A stretch of DNA of 44,001 nucleotides, the filler included, from Jimgerdemannia flammicorona (lineage: Eukaryota): assembly GCA_003990765.1 (NCBI GenBank). It is 2 parts of 2 records of this genome, joined end to end, with 100 filler letters (N's around TTAATTAATTAA, not from the genome) between each part and the next. Parts side by side here need not be neighbours in the genome. Positions count along the whole stretch, not along the records: positions 1 to 21,951 come from RBNJ01001358.1; 1 more part is not named here. One strand, 5' to 3'. Positions 10,801 to 21,951 of the stretch are shown here, one piece after another. Numbering within the stretch: position 1 is the stretch's first letter; each line of letters begins with the position of its first letter. Under the pieces are notes generated by a model. The model was not told the DNA's origin. It searched no databases and saw nothing but the letters and a program-made list of their open reading frames with translations. The position numbers were made by a program, and so were the translations under genes.

Positions 10801-11831
10801 ATTATATTACCTTGGATCTGTTCTCAGACTTTCATCAGATTGGTCTCACTCAAGATACCAGTGAGAAATCAGTCTTCATCACACCTGATGCTACCTATAT
10901 CTACCTGCAAATGCTATTTGGAATGTGCAATACTCCAGGAAGTTTTCAGTGAATGATGAACAGAGTCTTCAGCAATGAGATTGGAAAATGGCTCTTTATC
11001 TATATTGATAATGTGATCATCTTCAGCAACACTGTATAGGAATATGTCAACCACATACAGCTAGCCCTCAAGAAGCTCAAGGAGCATGGCCTCTATATCA
11101 AGCCTAAGAAATGCAGGTTTACAGCTCAGGAAATTGCCTACCTAGAACACCTCATCAACCAGACCAGAATCTATACAGACCCCATGAAGATTGAGGCTAT
11201 TGCAGCCTATCTGAGACCCAGAACAACTACAGAAGTCCATGCCTTCCTTGGACTAGCCAGCTACTATAGAAGATTCATCAAAGGATACTCTAACATTGCA
11301 GTACCTATCTACAAGCTACTGAAGAAGGAGACTAAATTTGAATAGACAAAAAAATGCCAAGAAACCTTCAATGAACTCAAGACTAGGTTGACCCAAGCAC
11401 CTATCCTCAGAAGACCAGATTGGAACCTAGAATTCATCCTGTAGACAGATGCAAGTGCTATAGGACTTAGAGCAGTCTTAGCTCAGAAGAAAAATGGATA
11501 TAAATATGTCATCTCCTATACAAGCCAAGGTACTTATAGAGCAGAACAGAACTACAAGTTATATAAGCTTGAATGCTTAGCAGTAGTTTGGGCAGTAGAC
11601 AAGTTCCACTACTACCTAGCTAGGAAATACTTCACTATTCAAACAGACCATTCTGCTCTTGTCTAGCTATTCCACACTCTGAACCCCAAAGAAATATATG
11701 TCAGATAGATCTACAGGCTGCAAGAGTATGACTATACTATCAAGCACCACTCAGAGAGAACCAATACCAATGCTGATGCACTCTCAAGGATACTCCAAAA
11801 CACTCCCATCAAGACTATTCAACATAAATAA
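7803..11831 (+). pseudogene. Element A Gag-protease-dUTPase-RT-RNase H polyprotein (single frame, many nonsense mutations)
   Basis: Zn knuckle CFRCREEGHYAKSC; protease VIIDTGAG (~9225); dUTPase motifs; RT RLCIDYRKLN, LDLFSDFHQI, YIDNV (mutated YxDD); RNase H TDAS..., TDHSAL, NADALSR. All checkpoints share the frame of ATG 7803. Confidence 0.92.
9891..10310 (+). pseudogene. dut: dUTPase domain between protease and RT in element A
   Basis: All five trimeric dUTPase motifs are recognisable: GMDL, RSSLA, GVIDSDY, RIGQML, RGEQGFGSTG. Confidence 0.93.
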
Positions 11832-13020
11832 GGAGTTATACTATGGATTAATCAGCTACCTTAGGCAGCAGAAGATGCCCAACCACCTCAAACTCTGGAC
11901 AATCACCATCATCAACCAGACTTAGAAATAGTTTGAATTAGACAACACCATACTCAAAAAAAGAGGAAAGCTTATAATACATAAATACAAGAAGTATCAA
12001 GTAATGAAAGAAGTACATGAACAAGGATATCTAGGAGGAACCAACATATATGACAAGGCAAGAAGAACTATGTGGTGGCCCAAGATGGAAGAAGACCTGC
12101 ACCAATTTGTCAAAGAGTATAATAAGTGCCAAAAACAGAAATAAGATCAGTAAGACCAGGCACCCAGGTTATCAAGAATTGAGCCTATCCTCTTCCACCA
12201 CATTACAATGGATATCATTGGGCTACTACTAGTAACACTATCAGGAAACTGTTATATTATAGTTATTATAGACCTCTTTACTAAATAGATAGAAGTAGGA
12301 GTATTACAAGAAGTCAATGCCCTCTCTATAGCTGACTTCCTGTACTGAGAAATCATCTGCTGCTATAAGACACCAAGGCAAATTACCACAGACTGCAGTA
12401 TAGAATTTGTCAATAGATTTCATGAGATAATGTATCAGAAATACAGGATTCAGTACATCAAGACTACTGCATACCACTCTCAAGGAAATAGACAGATAGA
12501 AAGAACCAACAAGACTCTCAAGAACATTCTGATAAAGATCTCAGACACATATAAGAATTGGAATAACTACCTTCCAACTGCTCTCTCTATTCTACAAGAC
12601 ATACAGTCATAGAGTATACACTTTACTCCAAGAGAACTGCTCTTCAGAGAAGAAGATTCTAATGGAATCTCAGTCACAAATCTAGACCTAACTTGGAGAT
12701 AGGTTGATGCAAAAATCTGGAGGCTACACCAAATTAGGAAGAAAGCTGAAGATTACATCATCAAGTCACAAATACTAATGAGGAAGAATGCAGAAAAGAA
12801 TCACAAGACCCTAGAACCCATCCAAATTGGAGAAAAGGTCCTACTATATCAAAATATGGTAAAAGCCTCATAGTTACGAAAACTGGAGCCCAAATGAGAA
12901 GGACCCTTCTATATGCAAGATATCAAGAGAATTACCTTCTGGCTTAGAAAAATCTCAGAGACTATACTGCCTACCACAGTATATAGGAATAGACTCAAGA
13001 AGTATCATGAACCTATATAA
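11824..13020 (+). pseudogene. Element A integrase, separate ORF in +1 frame overlapping the RNase H stop
   Basis: (M>I)NKELYYGLISYL...TTAYHSQGNRQIERTNKTLK...KLEPK.EGPF; frame differs from upstream pol; same junction as in B. Confidence 0.88.
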
Positions 13021-13374
13021 GAGAAGTAAAATGTAATGACTGCCCATGAGGTTCTAGTTTGTAAATCATAACAGCATATTCCATAATCAGTAGGCTATTT
13101 GTCTGGACCATTCTCTAAGGGATACGATACCAGCAACTACTTATCTGTGAGACTTTTGAAGCCAGAGGAGTTCAAACCATCAACTAATTGGTCAAGATCA
13201 GAATCAGGCCCTTACTCTATATGAAGGAAATGACCCTTCACCATCATGCCAAAATATATAGAGAAGATGCCAGCCTATAAATACCACTTTTTGACCCCTT
13301 GCCAGAGGTTATGGGATCAGCAAATTTTTCAGAACTAGACTAATGAATAAGGATGTTCAAGAAGATCCTTATTC

Positions 13375-13384
13375 AGGAGGAAGA
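13375..13384 (+). promoter_or_regulatory. Polypurine tract of element A
   Basis: AGGAGGAAGA abuts the 3' LTR; B has AGGAGAAAGA (14411-14402, minus). Confidence 0.8.
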
Positions 13385-13935
13385 TATAATGATGATCTCA
13401 GAATGATAACATCAGTATAAGAGACAGCCTTTCCTTGCAAGTCACCAAATTAGAACACAAGAAGATTATATAGCATGACTCAGACTATGAGATGAGTAAT
13501 GATAACTAACTATAAGTCATTGTGACCACAGTTCAGGCATCTTGAGGAATATAAAAGAAGGATCAAGGAACCACAGTAGCAGCAACTCAACAAGACCCAC
13601 TAATCCCAAAATAGCTCAAAGACTTACTATAAATGAAATGCCTGCTGCTTGCCAAACCTCAAGGTCAAGGAACCACTAAGGCACCTCAGTCAAAGAAAGG
13701 ATATTCTAAGACATCAGAAGAGCCATGAGGACCTATACAAGAAGGACTCCTAGCCTCAACTTGGGTACTGTAGATCCTTATCACTTTATCCTCTACTACT
13801 GTGAAATGGAAATAAGGATCACCATTGCTACTGAATACCTTCAAATATGGCAGGAGTATGAAATAGGAAACCTTCTCTGCCAGAAGTTTCCACAGGCCAG
13901 CCCTCAAGAGTTATAAGATACACTTCTATAGATAT

Positions 13936-14401
13936 TGTAATGTAGCAGATGCTTACTCTTGAAAGTATGTCAGATTTCTGTATCTTGAATACTTGATCTT
14001 TTCTGACTCCTCAGAGTCCTTAGGATGCAGGGGTGGATGAGTTCGAAGTGTATCTGCCTACAGGCTTACTAGTTCCTTTACTATCTCTTTGCTTTTGAAC
14101 TATTTTGATCTGAGGTTTATTCACTCTAAGATACTGAGTTATTTATATAAGTTTTACTAACTATAAGGTGGCTAAATAATGGCTCATTTTGCAAGTGCTG
14201 AATCTTTTAACATCTGCCAAGATTTTGCTGATTGCAAAGATTCTAACATCTCCTAAATCTTTACAAATGTTAAAATTTCTGCACTTTGCAAAATATGACT
14301 GCTATTTATGTGGCTATACTATATTGGGAATCAGATTTAGGTACTGCAATCAAATGTCTAATTCCCCTATTTCATGTTACTAATTCAGATCAGCTGTCAC
14401 A
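13936..14401 (-). repeat. 3' LTR of element B
   Basis: Direct repeat of 20183-20648 with about 30 mismatches by manual count, nearly all transitions. Confidence 0.95.
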
Positions 14402-14430
14402 TCTTTCTCCTGAATAGGTGATTCGTCTTA

Positions 14431-14904
14431 GGAGCATCCTATTCACTTGAATTCCCAGGCTTCTACGATTTGTATCTCCTTATACTGTGTGATCTGCATC
14501 ATTACGTCCTTCCAATGTTGTCTCTTGATGTATCCAAAGTCTCCTGGGGTCACTCCTCAGAAATGGGCTAAGGCTGACTCATCGTCTTTAAATAACTTGT
14601 GCACTCTTTTTGCAATTGTGATCTGAATGTAGGAGAGCTGACATTCTCTGATCCAGTCTTCTTTTCCCATCTTCGGTCTTGAATTCAGTAGCTGTCCCAA
14701 CTTGAAGTATTCCTGGAACTTGGTTCAGTTCTGGTAGGCCTTGAAATGTGAAATTCGTGACAAGTGTGTTTGCACTATGCTCTGGATACTGTCAAAGGAT
14801 TCTTCCATAGTTGGTGGCTCAGTGGAACACCACTGTCTTTCAATGGCTCGCTAGGCTGTGCTAGTAATTCTGAGAGCAGCAGTATTACTTCGTTGGCTGG
14901 TCAT
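14431..14904 (-). pseudogene. Accessory ORF of element B between integrase and PPT (~150+ codons; only TGA/TAG stops, no frameshift)
   Basis: Manual translation: MTSQRSNTAALRITSTA*RAIERQW...KFQEYFKLGQLL...ITIAKRVHKLFKDDESALAHF*GVTPGDFGYIK. The ATG overlaps the IN 3' end. Aligns with the LTR ORFs of A and C. Confidence 0.72.
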
Positions 14905-16087
14905 GGTACTTCTTGAGTCAGTTTCAGTGGATGGTAGTGGGGATGATTGTGCCTGAGAGTTTTCGTAGCCAAAAGGTGATTCCTTTTATATCTTGCATGA
15001 GGTAAGGTCCTTCCCACTTGGGCTCCAGTTTTCATGACCATGAGGCTTCTACCATGTTCCGATACACCAGGACTTTGTCTTCTATCTTGATAATCTCTAG
15101 GGGTTTGTGGGTTTTTTCTGCATTCTTCCATTGTAGTGCCTGCGCCTTCGTTATGTAATCCTCAGCCTTTTTCCTGATTTGGTGTAGTCTCTGTATTTCT
15201 CCATCCACGTGTTTCCATACAGCATCCCCATTAGATGATAGAGTTTCTTGAAAACTTTCTTCTCCAAACAGCATTTCTTGAGAGGTAAAGTGGGTACTTT
15301 GTGATCTGATATCTCGGAGAGCAGATAATGCTATTGGCAGATAGTGATCCCAGTTTTCATAATTATCGCAGATCTTGGCAATAACATTCTTGAGGGTCTT
15401 GTTGGTCCTTTCTGCTTGTCCATTTCCTTGAGGGTGATAGGCTGTGGTCCGAATGTGCTGGATCTTATACTTCTTGTAGAGAACCTCGAAGAACTGGTTC
15501 ACAAATTCTGTTCCTCTATCTGTGGTTACTTGCATTAGAGTCTTGAACTGGCAGATAATTTCTTTGTGGAAGAAATCAGCGATTGACTGTGCATTGGCTT
15601 CCTTGAGGGGTCCTGCTTCTATCTACTTTGTAAAAAGGTCTATGATGACAATGATATAACAGTTGCCAGTCAGGGTCAAGAGTAGAGGGCTGATTACATC
15701 CATTGCTACGTGGGCAAATGGTACTGGTTCTATATATGCTGATCCTGGGGCTTGGTTTTGTTGGTCTTGTTTCTGTTTCTGGCATTTGTCGCAGGTTTTG
15801 ACAAATTGTCTGATATCTTTCTCCATTCCTGGCCACCATATCGTTCTTCTTGCCTTGTCGTATGTATTTATTCCTCCTAGATGGCCGAGCTTGTGTACTG
15901 ATTTCATTGCTTGCTCCTTCTTGTGTTCTGGTATAACTAATAGTTTTCCTTTCTTCAGCATTTGTCCATCCATTTCGAATTGTTTCCATATTCTGTTGAT
16001 AATTATTTGTGTCCATTCTTCCAGATGTTGGGGCATCTTTTGCTGTCCCAGATATGTGATGATCCCATAGTAGAGCTCCTTATTCAT
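14885..16087 (-). pseudogene. Element B integrase, separate ORF
   Basis: MNKELYYGIITYL; HHCC finger HKLGH...CDKC; TDRGTEF, TTAYHPQGNGQAERTN; KLEPKWEGPY. Confidence 0.92.
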
Positions 16088-19000
16088 AATTGATTTGTTG
16101 GTTGGAGGTGTTTTGAGGTGTCTGTGAGAGAGCATCTGTATTGGAATTTGTTCTTCCAGGGCAGTGTACAATGGTTACATCATAGGCTTGTAACTTCATT
16201 ATCCATCTAGCATAGATTTCTTTGGATTGTCCAGTTGTCAGTAGCCAGGTGAGGGCTGAGTGGTCCATCTGAATAGTGAAGTGTCTTCCAGCCAGATAGT
16301 AGTGGAACTTTTCCACAGCTCAGATGACTGTGAGACATTCCAACTTGTAGGATTCGTATTATTTTTCAGCTCCTTGGGTTCCTTGGCTAAGATATGCAAT
16401 GACATACTCTTTTTTGTCTTCCTTTTGAGCTAGACCTGCTCCTAGTCCTTGTGCACTTGTGTCTGTCTGAAGGATAAACTCTTAGGTCCAATTAGGTCGT
16501 CTGAGGATGGGTGCCTGGGTCAGTCTGATCTTGAGTTCATCAAATACTTTTTGTTGTCTACCAGTCTACTGAAATTTAGTGTCCTTCTTGTTGAGTTCGT
16601 AGATTGGTCCTGCAATATTGGAGAATCCTCTGATAAATCTACGATAATAGGAGGCAAGTCCCATGAAGGCTTGGGCTTTCATAACAGTGGTGGGCCTTAG
16701 ATATGCTGCTACTACTTGTATCTTGAGGGGGTCCATATGCGTTCCATCTCGATTGATAACATAACTAAGATAGGAGATCTTGATTTCTGCAAATTTGCAT
16801 TTTTTGGGCTTGATATACAGGCCATGCTTCCTCAGTCTTTTCATTATCTGTCATATATGCTGCAAGTGTTCCTCAGGTGTCTTGCTGTAGATGATTACAT
16901 CATCGACATAGACCATCATCCATCTTCCCATGTCATAGTGGAAGATTTTGTTCATCATTTGCTGAAAGCTTGCTGGTGCATTGCACATCCTGAATGGCAT
17001 TTGTAGGTAGATATAGGTTCTGTCTGGGGTGATGAAGGCTGAATTTTCACTTGCCATTTCTGTGAGTCCGATTTGGTGGAATCCTGAGTATAAGTCCAAG
17101 GTGCTGTAGTATGTGCTTCATCTCCCAGTATTATAAGGATGTCACTGATGAGAGGCAGTGGTTGGCGATCCTTCTTGGTAACTGTATTGAGCTTTCTGTA
17201 GTTGACACAGAGTCTTGGGGCGAATTCTCCAGGTTTGCTTCCCTTTTTTGGAGCTAGTATGACTGGTGAAGACCAGGGGCTGCTGACTTCTTTGATAATA
17301 CCAGCTTCTTCCATCTACTTGATTTCTTCTCTGAGCCATTCTCGGTATGCTGGTGGCACAGGTCTTGCCTTTTGGTAAATTGGTTTGGTGTCTCCAGTAT
17401 CTATCTCATGATAGTAGTGTGGAGTCTTTCCCTTGATATCCTTGAAATCCGTGGTGAGGACATCCTCGAATTCATGGAGTATTTTCTTGAGTTCCTCCTT
17501 GAGTGGAAATTCAATTCCAATGGTGTAACTGTGCCTGTTTGTGATTTCCTCCTTCTTATACTCTAGTTCAGTGATCTTGGTGCTGGCGAATACTCCTCTT
17601 CCTGTAGATCTGAATCCTTTCTTTTCTCTTTTCGTTTCCTCCAAATTCTTGACTTCTATGATCCTTGGTTGTAGGATTGGAAAGATCAACATCTGTGCCA
17701 ATCAGTCCTTCTTCTTGACTGGGAATGGGATTGTAGGATTGTAATTCCTAGCAATGAGCAGGATTTCTCTGATATAGTCAGAATCGATGACTCCTCCTTC
17801 AATCGTAATTTCACTTCTGGCCAGGCTACTTCTTGTCTTGAGGATCCCGACATGATCCTTTGGGATAGTCATTTCCAGTCCAGTTGCGAGTAAGGTGGTT
17901 GTTTGGAGTTCTAGTACAACTTTTTCTACTGTAGCAATGTCCATTCCAGCTGCATTTTCTGACTTGTATTCTGGCAGGACTGCATCAGGGTGGGTCCTTC
18001 AGATCTTGATCTTAATTTCTTCTTCATCATTGCTATCCTCCAGGAGGGCTGGTAGTTCATCATCTTCCTTCTCCTTCTCTTCTCTGATCTGTTTTTTGAG
18101 AGCTTTTTGTCTTCTTTCCTGGTGGATTTTCTTGATTCTGATAGTGCACTGGTAGCAATTGTTGACATGCTCCATACAGTACATCTTGATCCCATGAGAA
18201 CAGACTCCTTGTGGTATATAGCCTTCTGCGATCTTCTTACACCATTCTTCTTCACTCATTTGTCCAACTTTCTTCTTTAGAGTAGTCACCATATAAGCTT
18301 CCTTTTGCTTGTTCTCTTCTTCCTCCATATCAGGCAAGACTCCTTTGTTGACATTGATGGGAATTCGTATTTTCTGTCCCCAGTAGGTGATTTGCATTTT
18401 CTGGGCATTGAGATCAATTACTGCCCTGACTTTGTGAAGCCATTGATTGCCGATGAGAATGTCATAGTTGGTGGCATTGGTTACAATTACATCTACTGAG
18501 ATGGTTGCTCCTCCAATCTTGATAGGGACTTCTCAGATCTTTCTCAGAGGGGTGGCTCTTGTACCATCTGCTGTAATGAAAACCAACTTGGTTGCTTCTT
18601 CAACTTCCCAGCCTAGGCAGTCTGCTGCTTTCTTGCTGAGGAGACATTCTCCTGCTCTAGTATCGATGATGGCTTCAAAGACTCTATCTTCGATTTGGTA
18701 TGTTGCATAAGCAGAAGTTTTGTGATTGTCTTCACTTTCTTCTCCTGAGTCCTCTTGAACATTATTGGCCTCGGTTATCTTCCATCCTTACTCCTTAGTT
18801 GTTTTGGCAAGTCCAAACCTCATTTGTTGTCTGAACGTTGGGATTTCTGCAAGCTGACCAAAGGTTGTATTGACCTTTTGTTGGCTGAGATCCTTGAAGA
18901 TATCGTACTTGAAAGTCTTGGTCTTGCAAAGTTTCTTTTCTTTTTCTCCTTTGCTGGCTGGGGTAGTTCTTTGGATAATATCTTGAACTGCTTGCTCCAG

Positions 19001-20062
19001 CTCCATATCTTGGTCCATCTCTTCAGCTTGGCTTTTGGTGGCTGTTTCTATCTATTTTTCTACTGGGTTCTTCTTGGGTCTTTCTGGTGGTCTCTTGTAG
19101 GGTTCCTTGCAAACATCCTTCTTGGTAGTCTGAGCAGGATAGGCCTCCCATTCTTCTTCATCAGAATCTCCAATTTCCTTGAAGGTAATTGTATTGGTCT
19201 GCTCTTTGTTTCATGTAGCATTGCTTGGTTGAGCCTTGCGCTTGGTTTCACTCATACATTCATAAGAGTAGTGGCCTTCTTCTCCACAGGTATAGCAGGT
19301 ACCTTTCTTCTTGTCCGAGGTGGCGGCAAACTTCTGAACTGGGCAGTAGTTTCTTCCTTGGATTTCTTTTACCACATCTCCCAAGTGGGCGGTCATTTCG
19401 GCAAACCTCTTGGCAAGTTCCTCCATAGGGTCACTGTTCTTTTACTGCTCTGTAGTTTTTGGCTGAGGTGTGTTTCGATTGATCATTGTAGTAGGGATCA
19501 CACTAGTTGCCTTGGGTATTTTGATTCTGACTCCTGTGACTCTTTCCATTGTGTGGTCTTATGGGTGTCTGGCTGTCCAATATCACTGAGCATAGGTGAC
19601 CTTCTGTGGTAGATCCAAGACTACTAGTGATGAATGGATGACCATGGCTATCTCTAGGTGAACTCCTTTTATGAAGGTTGTTTCGGCTACTTGATCTTGG
19701 ATAGCAGCAGCATAATCTGTGAGGATTATCTGATATCGAATTCTGGTATAGAATGTGTTTGGATCCTCACTTATTCCTTGGTATATTGTGTTGAGCTGAT
19801 CCTTCAGGGCTTGCTTGATCTCATCTGTATAATATGTATTTCAGAGCCAGGTCTTCTGTGCTGTCAGTATAGCATTGGCATCATTTCCTGTATGGGTTGT
19901 GGCTGTAAATGCTGCTCTAGCAGGACCTTGTAGGCTGAAGGGCATGAGGGCTACTTGCTGTGCTGCTGTCAGGGTCCTTACAGCAGCATACTGTTCAAAA
20001 TTATCAATGAAGGTAATGATTGATTCATCTGAGGTATACTCATGGAATACTGGTGGTCTCAT
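16080..20062 (-). pseudogene. Element B Gag-protease-dUTPase-RT-RNase H polyprotein
   Basis: MRPPVFHEY start; CYTCGEEGHYSYEC; AIIDT(R)AG; SPWSSPVIL, RLCVNYRKLN, YVDDV; DHSAL, NTDALS; one frameshift near 17115. Confidence 0.93.
17600..18016 (-). pseudogene. dut: dUTPase domain of element B
   Basis: AAGMDI, RSSLA, GGVIDSDY, LAQML, GF(R)STG. Confidence 0.92.
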
Positions 20063-20182
20063 ATCTATTTTTTCTGGGTATTATGGCTCAGTTTGTGTAG
20101 TTGCTCGGGTAGTGGTGGTTGTTTGTTGTTCAGCTTGAAAGTGAGGGATTCATCTTGAATTACTAGCCAATGGGCACCAAGT

Positions 20183-20648
20183 TGTAATGTAGCAGATGCT
20201 TACTCTTGAAAGTATGTTGGATTTCTGTATCTTGAATACTTGATCTTTTCTGACTCCTCGGAGTCCTTGGGATGCAGAGGTGGATGAGTTCGAAGTGTAT
20301 CTGCCCACAGGCTTACTAGTTCCTTTGCTATCTCTTTGCTTTTGAACTATTTTGATCTGAGGTTTATTCACTCTAAGATACTGGGTTATTTATACAAGTT
20401 TTACTAACTATAAGGTGGCTAAGTAATGGCTCATTTTGCAAGTGCTGAATCTTTTAACATCTGCTAAGATTTCACTGATTGCAAAGATTCTAACATCTCC
20501 TAAATCTTTACAAATGTTAAAGTTTCTGCACTTTGCAGAATATGGCTGCTATTTATGAGACTAAGCTATATTGGGAATTGGATTCAGGTACTGTGATCAA
20601 ATGTCTAATTCCCCTGTTTCATATTACTAATTCAGATCAGCCATCACA
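20183..20648 (-). repeat. 5' LTR of element B
   Basis: Partner of 13936-14401, followed on the minus strand by the PBS; TATA/AATAAA core at 20357-20400. Confidence 0.95.
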
Positions 20649-21951
20649 ATATATGCAAAACAAGGACAGCAAAGAAGATTCATCAGATCTTTAAGCATGT
20701 ACCATGATTGATCCCTAACTTGGAGTATGTTAGAGTCTCAGATTTCAGAGATCTGTCAGCCCACTATATTAATGCACTAGAAGCCAGGGTGGCTACAGAA
20801 GTCCAGTCCACCATTACTCTCAATAGTGATGAAGTAGAAGACTTCTGACATCCCATCCTCCAGGACAACCCAGATCAATTCCTATAAGGATTTATCTCAG
20901 TATTCCAAGGCCCAAGCATCCAGGTTAGATCTCCCCAAGACTCCACATTTGTTCCTTATTTTGTGGAAGAGAACTCATAGATTGGAGAGCCCCCAATTTC
21001 CCCACCACTGAACATAATGTCATCAGCAATGACATCATCCCATATGACATATATGAAGCATGTGAAATGCATGACCAATGTGATGAGACTGAAACATTTA
21101 CAGACCTCATCTCTTTTGAAGACAGTGATGATGAGGATGAAGCCCCCATGGTCCTGAACATTCTGCTCTAAATCCCTTAGTTACACTGAATTATACCAGC
21201 ATCCTTTTCCTGTGTAATAACTGTTCCTCTACCAGCATTCTGACCTTGTGACTCAGAATTATTCCAGTATCATTTTTCTGTATCACTGAAATTATACCAG
21301 TATTCTGAATCTGTGCAACCATCTGTGCTAACCCTGGAACTTAGCAGTTCTCTGTATTCTAGCATTTTTATTTGGTTATTGGAATTTATATTTAGCTTTA
21401 TATCTTAGCAACTATTGAATTATATTTTGTATAAATATTCTTCTTATTTCCTCTGAAATAAAGTCAGTCAAGTTTACTTATATACAATCTCTTGCAAGTA
21501 ATCTAAAGAGATAACAAGATAGTTTAAAAATAAGAAGTTTGAGGACTATAAGACCTTAGGAAGGCACTCTAATAAGAACTTGCTTATAACAAACTTGAGT
21601 TAGTCTAAGAGATACACCTTGAAGAGAATCTGACATATTTGAAGGACTCAGCGACCACTATATGATACTAATTATAAAATATATAGTAGAACTAATTTAG
21701 AAAGATGTGGCCTACTATTTATAAGTAGAAATAGTATTGATAAGTAGAAATAATATTTATTAATAGAAATGTATTTTATTCTATTTTAGTATATCAGATT
21801 ATTTATATAGTAAAGTAGTATAAGAGGTAACTATGCTGAGTAACTATACTAGATAACTATTTGTACATCATCTGACTATATTATAATATTTGCTCATTAT
21901 ATCAGCCTCTACTAAAGAATAGTCTGTCCTTAGACTATTCTTTATTTATTA

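Larger units (their letters stand above)
13936..20648 (-). mobile_element. Full-length degenerate Ty3/Gypsy LTR retrotransposon 'B' with dUTPase, nested antisense in the 3' LTR of A
   Basis: 466-bp LTRs at 13936-14401 and 20183-20648 with TG...CA ends; TSD ATAT (13932-13935, 20649-20652); PBS, PPT and all pol domains present. Confidence 0.96.
4874..21667 (+). mobile_element. Full-length degenerate Ty3/Gypsy LTR retrotransposon 'A' with dUTPase; both LTRs interrupted by later insertions
   Basis: Direct-repeat LTRs start at 4874 (TGTAATGGTGATCTCAG) and 13385 and end at 7688 (ACATGACA) and 21667. The 4-bp TSD CTAA lies at 4870-4873 and 21668-21671. PBS, PPT and gag-PR-dUT-RT-RH-IN order are all present. 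Confidence 0.95.
13385..21667 (+). repeat. 3' LTR of element A, split by element B (13385-13935 and 20653-21667)
   Basis: Removing 13936-20652 restores sequence co-linear with the 5' LTR (gatat|at(a/g)caaaacaa). Confidence 0.93.

Noticed and set aside
18755..19612. 285-aa plus-strand ORF
   Set aside because: Antisense shadow of element B gag; L/F/S-rich composition mirrors the purine-rich sense strand
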